DNA from: a virus
Lineage: Duplodnaviria > Caudoviricetes
Strand: one strand, 5' to 3'
IMG/VR virus record: IMGVR_UViG_3300026453_000039
Location: 1 to 25,558 of that record
Length of the DNA: 25,558 nucleotides
Numbering within the stretch: the stretch's first letter is position 1; every line of letters begins with the position of its first letter. The position numbers and the translations under genes are program-made. Below are positions 18,101-25,558 of the stretch, piece by piece. The notes under the pieces are model-generated. The model did not search any database and was not told the DNA's origin. It worked only from the letters and a program-made list of their open reading frames with translations.

Positions 18101-21100
18101 CAGCAATTAGTACACAAGATTCAAGCTCTGATATAATATTAAGCGATGACTGGTCTTTACCGAGAGCAACATCACAAGACGGTGCCGTCACACCGATTTA
18201 TTCAACAGTTGAAAATCCAACTACAGTAGCGCAGTGTTCGTTAACACAAACTAATTCCGATTTTGCGTTTATATCATTCTATAATTACCCTATTGCCGAT
18301 ATTAGCAGCCTAACTGATAATGTTATTGAGGGGTTAGTATTTATAAAGATGCTTGGTCAGGATGGTACATCCATTAACATTAAAGATAGTCTGGATTCGG
18401 TAGATAATCTACCTTCATCAAATAATTCACAAGGCGATTCATATCTGATATCCGGTGACCTATATGTATACAATGGAACTGAGTTCGTAGACGCCGGTAC
18501 AATACAAGGCCCGTCGGGCTTAAAAGGGGAACCCGGGGCTGATGGTAGTAGCTCTTACCTACATATTGCATATGCAGATGACGAATTTGGTACTAACTTT
18601 ACTACAGATAATACGCCAGGAGATCGATCGTTTTTAGGTACGTATACGGATAGTACTGAACTTGATTCTACTGATCACGACGATTATACTTGGGTAAAAA
18701 TTGTAGGTAAAGATGGATCAGCCGGTCGACCTAATGGATGCGAAGCGGTATACGGTTACGGTAATTTTGAAGGACCGTCTTCTATTACATACCTTGAGGA
18801 TGAAAATGTCTTGCAGTTAAAGGGAGAGACTGATACGACTGTAGGCATGGTGTATCCGGCTTTTGATGTTAGTGATGGTCGTAAGCTTAGATTTAATATC
18901 ACATATAAGACTCCTGATACACCTGCTTCAACAGGGATTTATATACGACTATACGAAGCAACAACTGATCTCGCTGAGGGGAAGGATAGAGTCGGGCACA
19001 GATCTGGCGGCGATGATCATAATTCATCTCTCATACAGCAGTATAACCGCCAACATCTCTCAAATGGTAACGATGCATCGTATATAAAGATCACCCCATC
19101 TGGTAGTGATCTTGAAAACGGCCCCGTACCAGGTGAGTATACAACGAGAACTATTGAATATACTCCTCAGTCAGGTTCCAGATATGTAAGTTTAACTATT
19201 TTAAATTGGTCCGGTCTAGGTACTAAGAGATTATGGGTCAAGCCAGTCATAACAACTGTTATCGGTGAAAAAGGGGATGCAGGTGAGCATGGTTTGACCT
19301 CTCGTATTGTTGAGATATTCCGAAGTGTTCCTCTCACACAATCAGCTCCATCATCGCCAACTGGAATTGCTTCATATAATATTGCTGATGGTAGTTTATC
19401 TAATATACCGAGTGGGTGGAGTGTAGCTGCGCCTGACGCGACATCTGGTACTAAGATATACAGATCTACTACATTAGCGACATACAGCGCAGATAGAACA
19501 AGTGGTACGATAAATGTATCTGACTGGTCTGATGCAAAAGCATGGTCTGTAGGTGCAGGTAGAACAGCTCCGGTAGTCTCAAGACTTGCTAATTACAAGT
19601 ATTTTGATAGTAATTACAGTACATCTAATAATAGTCAGTCACCTACTAATGCATACTACTCATTTAGACAGTCGGGCGGCGAAAGCGGCGATTATAATAA
19701 CGGGTGGGGCCCGGGGGTAACGACGTCGACTGCTCCTATAACTGATATTAAACAGATATTATTTAATATAAGAGGGACCGATAATGTTGATTATACAGAT
19801 TTCTGGAAAGGTTTTGATACAGCGAGTGAATTATTATGGAAATACGGTTCGAGTTGGATTATATTTAAACGTACAGAGCAGGTAGATACGGCTGGTGTTT
19901 GGACTGGTGTTAGAGTTGAAGTTATTGATCATTCTGATGATATTAACCAAATTAAAGACCTACCCGGGTTTCATACTTCGCAAGATGACCCGTTAGAAGC
20001 AGATGTAGTTTTCGGGTATACACCGACTATTATAAGAGAAACTGTATTCTTGCACAAGAGAAGTGGTGCTACAGCTCCTGGAAAACCAACAAGTAATCTT
20101 GTATATAACTTTAACACGAGCTCATTTACAGGCGCACTAAATAGCTGGACGGTAGATGTACCTAGCAGTGGTGGTAAATATCTATGGCGTATACAAGCTA
20201 CAGCTGATGCTAAGTTAAATATCGGCGATGGGGTATATAAAGACGATATACCATCGTCTGAGTGGTCATCTCCTAGAATATTAGCGCAAGATGGTATCGA
20301 CGGTAGTGTAGGTAATACATATTTTCAAAAATTCTTATATACACGTACCTCGACGAGTGCGCCAGATTTAAAAACGAACTGGGTAAGCGGAAATAAACCT
20401 AAACAGGTACAGGTCACAGTCGATGGTACCGGGGTGAGTGAATCGATTGGCGATGTTAAATCCGGATTTCGTTCTAATCTTACTAGTACATATGGAGTTG
20501 TTTGGTCGGAAAGTATACCTGATGAAAGTAACGGTCAATTCCTATGGGTAACAGTAGTACCTGTAACATCATCTAATACATCTACTAATTATATTACTAT
20601 AAACAGCTCGCAATGGACGGAGCCAGTTTTACTAACAAAAGATGGTGTAGGTCTCAACTCTGCAACAGTTCGCCTATATAAAAGAACATCAGGAAACGTG
20701 CCAACTGGTGGTGTAACTAATAATAATTTAGGATTTAAAGTTAACGGGAATCCAAACCCGAGTAATAAACCTACTTTCACATATAACTTCTCTAACGGTA
20801 ATATAGATAATAAGAATGTTAATATGAATGGATGGTCTCGAAATATACCAGAGACAGGAGGATCGACACTATGGGTTTCACGAGCGGTCGCATCTAGCAC
20901 CGGTACGACTGATAATATACCATGGAGTGAATGGCAGGTTCCGGACAAGTTAGTCACAGACGGTACATCGTTAATTTTTATAGGTTCTTTCGCGACCCGG
21001 ACTGCTTACAAAAACCACATTAATAGCAATTATGATGGTATACCACCGTATAATTCGTATCACATAGAGACAGTATCTGGGAGAAATGTTTCATATCTAT

Positions 21101-22269
21101 ACATAGGCGGTCAGAATTTAACCGATAAGAATAGTAATTCTAATTTTCAACAGCTAACAATTGACGGTGCGAATGGTACGAACGGTCAAGATGGATTATC
21201 ATTCGAGTTTAAAGGTATTGTAAATCGTATAACCGACGTCTCGAATCCACAAGTAGGTGATGTATATCGAGTAACAGGTAGTAATAATAGTGAACAGGGA
21301 GATCCACGTGATAATAGTGCACCGGCAATTCTAGTTTATAAGAATACAGGATGGGCGGTATTGACTACTGATGGATCTCCTGGAGCTGATTCGACAGTCC
21401 GAGGACCGAATGGTAATAGTGTATTTATAACCTATAGCTCTAAGCTTACTACAGATAAACCAACTAAACCGGCAAATAGTAGCAATGGGAATGTAAGTGG
21501 CGTGTGGACCACAACACCTAGTGGTAATACACGGTATAATTGGATGTCGCAAAAGATAGCTCAAAATAATACTAGTGGTGCATGGGGCCCACCGATTCAG
21601 ATATCCGGTGAGGATGGCGAAACTGGGTTTAGAACACTCGAAATAGCGGTATATAAGAGGTCAGAGGTTAAACCAGGAACTCCATCTGCCTCGGGCAATA
21701 ATAGAGGAGCTTACGATTTTTGGAATAGAAGATTATTACCACCGAGCGGCTGGTCTAGTACTATAAAAAATGCCGGTATTGATCGTGAAAGCTCAACCGT
21801 TCCGAATGATCCTAAAGATTCATACGGATATGAATATAAATACGCTCCCGGTCATAACTGGAATAACTCAAATACATGGGATGTATTGAGAGTTAACAAT
21901 AGTAGTAAAGCTAATTTACCATTGTGGAAGATGGAAGCCACAGTATCTGTAGTAGCAAACACTTCTAATATCGGTCAAATCGATGCAAGCATATCGTGGT
22001 CACCACCAGCAATTCAAGAATTGAACGGCGTCGATTTAATTGATAATTCCGTTGATGTTGATAGAGTATATCAAGCGGTAAAAAATGGCGGCGGAGTAGA
22101 AAAGATAGTCGCAACTGATAGACAGGATCCGCCGCAATTGCTGACACAGGCTGCGTATGATGCTTTATCTAATATAGGGGATCCAACTCGATCTCAATAT
22201 GGATGGACCAACAACGCGACACAGGGCTATGACACAGTTCATGATGATACTCTTTATATAATCTTCTAA
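15115..22269 (+). CDS. Giant modular tail fibre / adhesin-like virion protein (2384 aa) with collagen-like linkers
   Basis: About 15 divergent ~100-aa modules joined by Gly-X-Y triplets (e.g. GPKGEPGQPGEDG). Inserted YLHIAYA...YTD...DS.D..DYTW repeat of the type seen in phage host-specificity proteins. C-terminal LTQAAYDAL...DDTLYII tail-fibre motif. Confidence 0.85.
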   Translation: MADTGIRINEIPRDSELNDGDLLHVYKDVNGVFKSVSAPVESIAFRGPKGEPGQPGEDGYEGGTIAQLVVYRRIDPTTISNGAVDLLKPGYGQNDDGSYDFTNKVFTPPQNPRWYKNVPPVEAGKEDYVLYSASGVAQIIGTTGIDNNILWSDPEPDGIQGLPGSPGKSTYQAVIFTRSATVPPTPTGGTFNFGNDELTPPEGWFIDVGGDLGPKLGNGATDDEEAVYQSLQLWMCNHQFSIVGDEGIGTAGRWSSPPTRFASDGADGFSTYFGSIYKRTNEVGLVSFTDNISEGLNYMPRPGEGDPTKGGEYDFRLNKFILPDGPGEQFEGWTEEVPDDYKVAGRSSDLWVSHTVASARSNFIGNEPVRDDSLKWTWPKKVSQATIDGNQGNAVAQVKAYIRSVGDAPLVTSLTAAEFNFQDKILNLQGTGWSSEPYKSTLEDSNADYGRDFLYVAVGVAESVYNPETAQYPNDTDIQWGDPVPAPDDGEVAVSTYLAQVYTRYSGSEDIQVEGYIPTGGSYNFGENSLGLPSDPNSELTWSSTIPAGAGQIYVSQRNFNVRGNTGTDVADSDNPWSIPAILAYDGVAGFDGVTNTRITLYYGSDTQLTGNNIPTIPADVNIAVDLDRNSSNFGNVLRTEINGEAIDVTSDHKILTKNGNNNVDTGWRTEMPDNDWIYSIQALASDSDETDNNYIDIIASHEWGETAPFRKPGGQGLTGLATSIVSLYKRTSSSSTPSPSKPTGSFRYYLGDEGSNKRGELIEIESADKQGWSLTAPSYDGSNHYLWQINATASSRDNYDVIPDTEWTSPIIFSQNPFDLTETTVSHIVQAYIRSSVVPNTNPGTCTVNLSGETAGQITGGLLNGWSDVIPDGDQQVYIVHATASGSVSNINDIDTIAANEWSAPAKWGIVGERGLRGASGGIGRPLTLFKRTDLTPVAGELDLPTLSGTYDFVSDNWTFGTYLSNGNEGTINGWSYELPSKDTTDRVLWQTFATAISTQDSSSDIILSDDWSLPRATSQDGAVTPIYSTVENPTTVAQCSLTQTNSDFAFISFYNYPIADISSLTDNVIEGLVFIKMLGQDGTSINIKDSLDSVDNLPSSNNSQGDSYLISGDLYVYNGTEFVDAGTIQGPSGLKGEPGADGSSSYLHIAYADDEFGTNFTTDNTPGDRSFLGTYTDSTELDSTDHDDYTWVKIVGKDGSAGRPNGCEAVYGYGNFEGPSSITYLEDENVLQLKGETDTTVGMVYPAFDVSDGRKLRFNITYKTPDTPASTGIYIRLYEATTDLAEGKDRVGHRSGGDDHNSSLIQQYNRQHLSNGNDASYIKITPSGSDLENGPVPGEYTTRTIEYTPQSGSRYVSLTILNWSGLGTKRLWVKPVITTVIGEKGDAGEHGLTSRIVEIFRSVPLTQSAPSSPTGIASYNIADGSLSNIPSGWSVAAPDATSGTKIYRSTTLATYSADRTSGTINVSDWSDAKAWSVGAGRTAPVVSRLANYKYFDSNYSTSNNSQSPTNAYYSFRQSGGESGDYNNGWGPGVTTSTAPITDIKQILFNIRGTDNVDYTDFWKGFDTASELLWKYGSSWIIFKRTEQVDTAGVWTGVRVEVIDHSDDINQIKDLPGFHTSQDDPLEADVVFGYTPTIIRETVFLHKRSGATAPGKPTSNLVYNFNTSSFTGALNSWTVDVPSSGGKYLWRIQATADAKLNIGDGVYKDDIPSSEWSSPRILAQDGIDGSVGNTYFQKFLYTRTSTSAPDLKTNWVSGNKPKQVQVTVDGTGVSESIGDVKSGFRSNLTSTYGVVWSESIPDESNGQFLWVTVVPVTSSNTSTNYITINSSQWTEPVLLTKDGVGLNSATVRLYKRTSGNVPTGGVTNNNLGFKVNGNPNPSNKPTFTYNFSNGNIDNKNVNMNGWSRNIPETGGSTLWVSRAVASSTGTTDNIPWSEWQVPDKLVTDGTSLIFIGSFATRTAYKNHINSNYDGIPPYNSYHIETVSGRNVSYLYIGGQNLTDKNSNSNFQQLTIDGANGTNGQDGLSFEFKGIVNRITDVSNPQVGDVYRVTGSNNSEQGDPRDNSAPAILVYKNTGWAVLTTDGSPGADSTVRGPNGNSVFITYSSKLTTDKPTKPANSSNGNVSGVWTTTPSGNTRYNWMSQKIAQNNTSGAWGPPIQISGEDGETGFRTLEIAVYKRSEVKPGTPSASGNNRGAYDFWNRRLLPPSGWSSTIKNAGIDRESSTVPNDPKDSYGYEYKYAPGHNWNNSNTWDVLRVNNSSKANLPLWKMEATVSVVANTSNIGQIDASISWSPPAIQELNGVDLIDNSVDVDRVYQAVKNGGGVEKIVATDRQDPPQLLTQAAYDALSNIGDPTRSQYGWTNNATQGYDTVHDDTLYIIF
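15313..22029 (+). repeat. Tandem degenerate protein module, about 15 copies
   Basis: Consensus [LIVA]Y[KT]R[ST]...P..P.G..Y[DN]F......GW....P.....LW....A......D.I...EWS.P.....DG. Nine copies at ~15313-18183, one at ~19294-19550, three at ~20035-20963, two at ~21415-22029. Not recognisable as a DNA-level repeat. Confidence 0.8.
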
Positions 22270-22300
22270 AAATAAGGTAATATTAAGAGATTGTATATAT

Positions 22301-25300
22301 CTAAACAACCGTTATAAAAGCCTGTTCGCCAAAGCTATCAAATAATACCGGTTGTAATTTTGTTGTAACTTCAATTGCCCCGCCTTCACCAGGATCAAAT
22401 ACATTGCTTGGGTTATTATTACTACCGGGCAGTGAAGGTTGAAGTTGCGGCAATACATTACCACCTGTCTGTTGCTCATTACCTATACTATAATCAAATT
22501 CAACATCAGATATATTAACTGTAGCTGGTAAGAATCTCGATATTCTTTTCTGTAAAGCGTCTGTTATAACAGCCTGTTCTTTTAAATTAAGATTACCATT
22601 TTTAATTAATAGCTTTATTTTATTGCTTAAATTACCTGGAATTTTATATGTATAAAGGCTATTAATAGTTTCGGTGTTATTGCGCGCTGATGTCGTAATA
22701 TCAAAATTAACACTATCAATATGATCAGTGCAGTTAAGATATAGATACTTCAAAATATCAATATCCAAAGTGGTATCAAAAACATTTATATTACCTAAGA
22801 TAGCGTTTCTTGCTAAACTAACGCTATTGGGCTTATAATCTAGTATCGAACCAGTACTAAAGTTAGGGGCACCGATATAGAAATTATTATATAGATAATT
22901 TTTTAGAGGTTTTATACCAGCATTTATCGTAAATGCTGTTGTTTCAGTTCCGTCGATAAACACCCTAACCATACCTGTTACTAAATCTAAATCTAGACTA
23001 ATACAATTATGACCGTCGCGTATACCTTCAATAATATGTACACTACTATTATCTACTAAGGTAGCGCCTGTACCTATATAATTAACATTCCAGTTACCGG
23101 ATTCAAAACCAGACCACGGTTGATTGAAAGTATCCCATGGGTTCTTTTCATCTTGTGCAGCCTTTTCATTATCAAATCTACTTACAAAACAAAATTTATC
23201 TTCATACGTTTTAAATGTATCTTCCAAACTATGTAAATTTGTAGGACTCGTAAAACGACCTGGAGCCTGTTCATGTGCCCATCCGATATCAGTTGATGAT
23301 ATACCTAACGAATAGGTTGATACAGTATTATTTTCTGTAGTTATAATTTTATCTACTATTAAATTAGAATTAGCATCTAATGAAAATACTACTGGGTTAA
23401 CAGTATAATCTTCTGATATAAAATCAATTTTATAACCGGAGACGGCAGAGGTTGATAAATTTATGGTAGATAATAGCTCCCTCTCGGTATTAAAAACATA
23501 TAGCTTATCAGATTGGACATACAACTTATCATCAAACGCGTTTATATCCCATATACGACTATTTACAGAATTAATTGCATTAAACTGCTCACCGGTATTA
23601 TATTCTGTAAATAAGACAGATGATCCGTTAGCGGCTCCTTGCCCGGTAGCTGCGCTTAACGAAGCAGCGTATATACCATCAATATTAACGCCTTTTGTAC
23701 CTGAAATAGCGCCTATAGGTGTACCTACAGCTGATAATACACCTGATTCCCCAGTACTAGGAGGGAGTAGATCTATCGAGAGAGTCTGTAAATCTAAGTT
23801 AAATGTAGCAGTTGGGCTGAAGAACATTGCTCTTGAACCAACCCCGTAAAACACTCTTGATGTATAACCACTAGTAGCTAGTTGAACAGCTAATGAATGT
23901 GACGATTCTCTTATTATATCGCCATTATAATTAACCCTTAAGATTTTAGCACCGTTGCTACTTTCACAAATCAATACCATGTCCCCGCTCTGCGTCATAT
24001 AACATACATCATTAATTGCAGAAATTGAATTAAATGCAGTTGTTCTTACCAAATTAAAATCATTATCATAATATTTTAATGCATTACCGTTAGCTAGTAT
24101 TACAAATGGTGTAAAGTAAAAGTTTTTTATAATTGATATACCTGTATTATATAAATTTCCAATTAATTGATGAGCTTTAGTTGCCTGTATACTAGGTGTA
24201 TTTAGGCAAAATGACATAGACAATGCACCTTGATCTGCATCCAAAAGTGAGGGGAATGTAAACTCATCGTATACGGTACCATCAAAAAATATCGTATTCT
24301 GATTGGTAATAATGCTTTCTGTTTTAGTACTGTTTATATTAAAGTTGCTCTTAATAACCTTATCCGTTAAACCCATTAAGGTTTTTGAAACATAATTCTT
24401 ACCAATGCGCGCGTAATAATATGCGTTGTTTGGTTCTATTGACATTGTACTTACGATATCATAATAATACATATTATTATTACCGAGACCGTACGAGCTA
24501 GATATATTTTCTATTTGAGTAGTGTACGGATTAGCTGTACCGCTCAACGCTACTAACGGTGTACTAAATTTAGGTAAGTAATAACGATCGTACCATATAC
24601 CTTTATCGTTATCATCATATAACCAGCTACATAAAAAGGTACCATTCTCTTCATTTCGGGTATTTAAGTTTGACTCATCTTGCAATTTATATATACGATC
24701 GCTATAGTATGGTGAGCCAGCAGCGTAAGCTCCAGCAGCTTGAAAATTAGCGTCATTTATATTAATACTTTTAAAAGGAGTTATATTATCAGGTATTACA
24801 AATTTGGTATATTTATCCGGATCGAATTTAAATTCCGTTGTATAAAAATTATATCCAAGTTTTAAATTCTCGTCAGATACTTCTGATGTTTCGTTATTCA
24901 ATATACTTGTATAGTATCGATGCTGTTGAGGCAAAGCAAATGGTAATCTTTTATTGACGTGATTGTTATTTGATATCTGATTTTTGAGATTAAAGTAACT
25001 TAGTTGACCATATATATTGTTACCTGATAGGTAATTTTCCTCATAGTTATTATATAGTAAGAAATTATATGACTGATCAGGTAACGAGACTGATGAATCG
25101 ATAGCGGTACCTGATGTGTAATATACAAATGTGTTGCTATAATCACTATAGCTAGTATCAATAGTGTTATAATTTTGAATAGAGAATGATGATCCTGAAA
25201 GAGCAGCAGCATCGAACCCGGATATGGCTGTCAGTTTCGATGACGTTGCCCCCACAATATACTGAGTTTCTTTAACTGCTGTGTTGGTACTAACATTGGT

Positions 25301-25558
25301 ATCACCATAAAAAGAGATCATAGCTGTATTACCGTCTAAAACTATGTCAAAGACAGCTCTCTTATCTAGATTACCATTTAATGTATCAAATACTACATCT
25401 GGGTAGATCGTCTGGTTTACTCCTCTCTGTACAAGGTATTTTTTATAAAGACCATCATATGTCCATATCTGGCATGTATTACCATTATCATTTCCACTAC
25501 TAAGATCGATGACGAAACTCTGAGTAGTAAAAGGATTAATATCTGCTGCAGAAAAAGC
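22301..25558 (-). CDS. Large virion structural protein (>1085 aa), 5'-truncated by the window edge; LamG/concanavalin-like fold with probable propeller insertion
   Basis: I translated 25322-25558 and found 79 further sense codons with no stop (AFSAADINPF...VLDGNTA), so the gene starts beyond the window. LamG-like elements LSMSFCL...HQLIGN..NTGISI and GHNCISLDLDLVTGMVRVFIDG...FYIG...GNINVFD..L flank a beta-rich insert. Confidence 0.75.
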   Translation of the reverse strand, partial: AFSAADINPFTTQSFVIDLSSGNDNGNTCQIWTYDGLYKKYLVQRGVNQTIYPDVVFDTLNGNLDKRAVFDIVLDGNTAMISFYGDTNVSTNTAVKETQYIVGATSSKLTAISGFDAAALSGSSFSIQNYNTIDTSYSDYSNTFVYYTSGTAIDSSVSLPDQSYNFLLYNNYEENYLSGNNIYGQLSYFNLKNQISNNNHVNKRLPFALPQQHRYYTSILNNETSEVSDENLKLGYNFYTTEFKFDPDKYTKFVIPDNITPFKSININDANFQAAGAYAAGSPYYSDRIYKLQDESNLNTRNEENGTFLCSWLYDDNDKGIWYDRYYLPKFSTPLVALSGTANPYTTQIENISSSYGLGNNNMYYYDIVSTMSIEPNNAYYYARIGKNYVSKTLMGLTDKVIKSNFNINSTKTESIITNQNTIFFDGTVYDEFTFPSLLDADQGALSMSFCLNTPSIQATKAHQLIGNLYNTGISIIKNFYFTPFVILANGNALKYYDNDFNLVRTTAFNSISAINDVCYMTQSGDMVLICESSNGAKILRVNYNGDIIRESSHSLAVQLATSGYTSRVFYGVGSRAMFFSPTATFNLDLQTLSIDLLPPSTGESGVLSAVGTPIGAISGTKGVNIDGIYAASLSAATGQGAANGSSVLFTEYNTGEQFNAINSVNSRIWDINAFDDKLYVQSDKLYVFNTERELLSTINLSTSAVSGYKIDFISEDYTVNPVVFSLDANSNLIVDKIITTENNTVSTYSLGISSTDIGWAHEQAPGRFTSPTNLHSLEDTFKTYEDKFCFVSRFDNEKAAQDEKNPWDTFNQPWSGFESGNWNVNYIGTGATLVDNSSVHIIEGIRDGHNCISLDLDLVTGMVRVFIDGTETTAFTINAGIKPLKNYLYNNFYIGAPNFSTGSILDYKPNSVSLARNAILGNINVFDTTLDIDILKYLYLNCTDHIDSVNFDITTSARNNTETINSLYTYKIPGNLSNKIKLLIKNGNLNLKEQAVITDALQKRISRFLPATVNISDVEFDYSIGNEQQTGGNVLPQLQPSLPGSNNNPSNVFDPGEGGAIEVTTKLQPVLFDSFGEQAFITVV

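Noticed and set aside
15115-22269. Diversity-generating retroelement or invertible tail-fibre cassette
   Set aside because: No reverse transcriptase or invertase in the window, and I saw no near-identical DNA repeat pair or flanking inverted repeats. The repeats are protein-level only.
318-25212. Short alternative-frame and antisense ORFs (e.g. 318..593, 935..1165, 2671..2913, 9810..10316, 12627..12878, 20589..20957, 23463..23849)
   Set aside because: All are nested within long, motif-supported genes and lack the TAAATA-ATG cassette or recognisable motifs. They are consistent with shadow ORFs.
25319-25321. ATG start for the 1006-aa ORF
   Set aside because: The frame stays open for 79 more codons to the window end and there is no promoter box at this ATG.
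1-25558. Stop-codon reassignment (as in some jumbo and crAss-like phages)
   Set aside because: Genes are full length in the standard code at very high density, and TAG terminates several genes at sensible positions. No annotated gene here ends in TGA, but no gene is interrupted by it either.
1-25558. CRISPR array, tRNA, rRNA, intron or intein
   Set aside because: The largest intergenic gap is 66 nt. I saw no spaced direct repeats, cloverleaf, homing endonuclease or intein splice motifs, and gp44 and gp6 are of ordinary length.

Overview
A 25.6-kb AT-rich (roughly 35% GC by eye), densely coding segment of a large T4-like (myovirus, probably jumbo) bacteriophage genome that uses the standard genetic code. 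It opens with the 3' part of a gp44-type sliding-clamp-loader gene. Next is a convergent three-gene operon of small proteins carrying T4 internal-protein-like N-termini. The rest is a virion tail module: gp25- and gp6-like baseplate wedge genes, several large baseplate-associated proteins, a tail-collar fibre, an S74-chaperone fibre, a 2384-aa modular fibre and a >1085-aa virion protein that runs off the right edge. The most notable patterns are: (i) a T4 late-promoter-like (A/T)(A/T)TAAATA box 5-10 nt upstream of eight start codons with no Shine-Dalgarno sequence, suggesting leaderless late mRNAs; (ii) candidate capsid-packaged, protease-matured, membrane-active proteins; (iii) two unusually cysteine-rich fibres in an otherwise Cys-poor set of virion proteins; (iv) strong CCGG over-representation; (v) a recurring [LIV]-S-[AG] tripeptide in virion proteins. 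All family calls come from motif recognition by eye and all counts are manual. No database search was run.
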